Positions 36,015 to 36,207 of a stretch of 36,207 nt of DNA are shown piece after piece. This DNA is from a bacterium (GTDB lineage: Bacteria; SZUA-182; DTGQ01; JAFGSM01), in contig JBLIRP010000033.1 of the NCBI GenBank assembly GCA_049472355.1, positions 1 to 36,207 on the forward strand. The letters run 5' to 3'. The notes beneath the pieces were generated by a model. The model was given only the letters and a program-made list of their open reading frames with translations. It did no database searches and was not told the DNA's origin. The stretch's first letter is position 1, and every line of letters starts with the position of its first letter. The translations under genes were made by a program, and so were the position numbers.

Positions 36015-36207
36015 ATGGCAAAAAAGAATAAAATTTATCCTGATGACTTATTAAACCTAATTAAGGACCGACGGACAATACGAAAATATCAGGATAAGAA
36101 TATACCCAAGAAGATCTTGGATAGTATTATTGAAGCGGGATGTTGGGCTCCTTCTACACACAATTCTCAACCTTGGTTTTATCTTGTTATAAAAAATTCT
36201 ACTATAA
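36015..36207 (+). CDS. Nitroreductase-family flavoprotein, 5' part (truncated by the window end)
   Basis: MAKKNKIYPDDLLNLIKDRRTIRKYQDKNIPKKILDSIIEAGCWAPSTHNSQPWFYLVIK carries the RR.IRKY and APS..N.QPW FMN-binding signature. Not in the ORF track. Confidence 0.88.
   Translation, partial: MAKKNKIYPDDLLNLIKDRRTIRKYQDKNIPKKILDSIIEAGCWAPSTHNSQPWFYLVIKNSTI

Overview
Bacterial chromosomal window, probably from a diderm anaerobe or microaerophile (outer-membrane barrel, lipoproteins, rubredoxin, System II cytochrome c maturation); the exact taxon cannot be read from the sequence. About 1-29.6 kb is mostly GC-rich housekeeping DNA: surE, dnaN (without dnaA next to it), an unknown 352-aa protein, purA, tRNA-Lys and tRNA-Glu, GuaB3-type IMPDH, guaA, a thioredoxin-reductase remnant, rubredoxin, dnaE, accA, a COG3044-type ATPase, a Lrp ligand-binding protein, a tRNA nucleotidyltransferase, tsaC, purE, a DUF355-type protein, nagA, a TPR-SLT lytic transglycosylase and a receiver-only regulator. 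Two accessory-looking modules stand out. (1) At 15.7-21.9 kb, resB-ccsA is followed by a 605-aa outer-membrane beta-barrel, a PelC/CsgG/DUF799-like lipoprotein and a secreted NHL beta-propeller, with no cytochrome gene in the module; this is a candidate maturation and export system for extracellular cytochromes. (2) From 30.3 kb to the window end, an increasingly AT-rich, type II reducing FAS/PKS cluster encodes KR, a catalytically dead KS (chain-length-factor-like, with an Arg-rich N-terminal extension), ACP, DH, an active KS, a thioester/fatty-acyl reductase carrying an in-frame mosaic of REP-like repeats, and a nitroreductase. No CRISPR array, rRNA, integrase or transposase was seen. All family calls come from motif recognition by eye, not from database searches.
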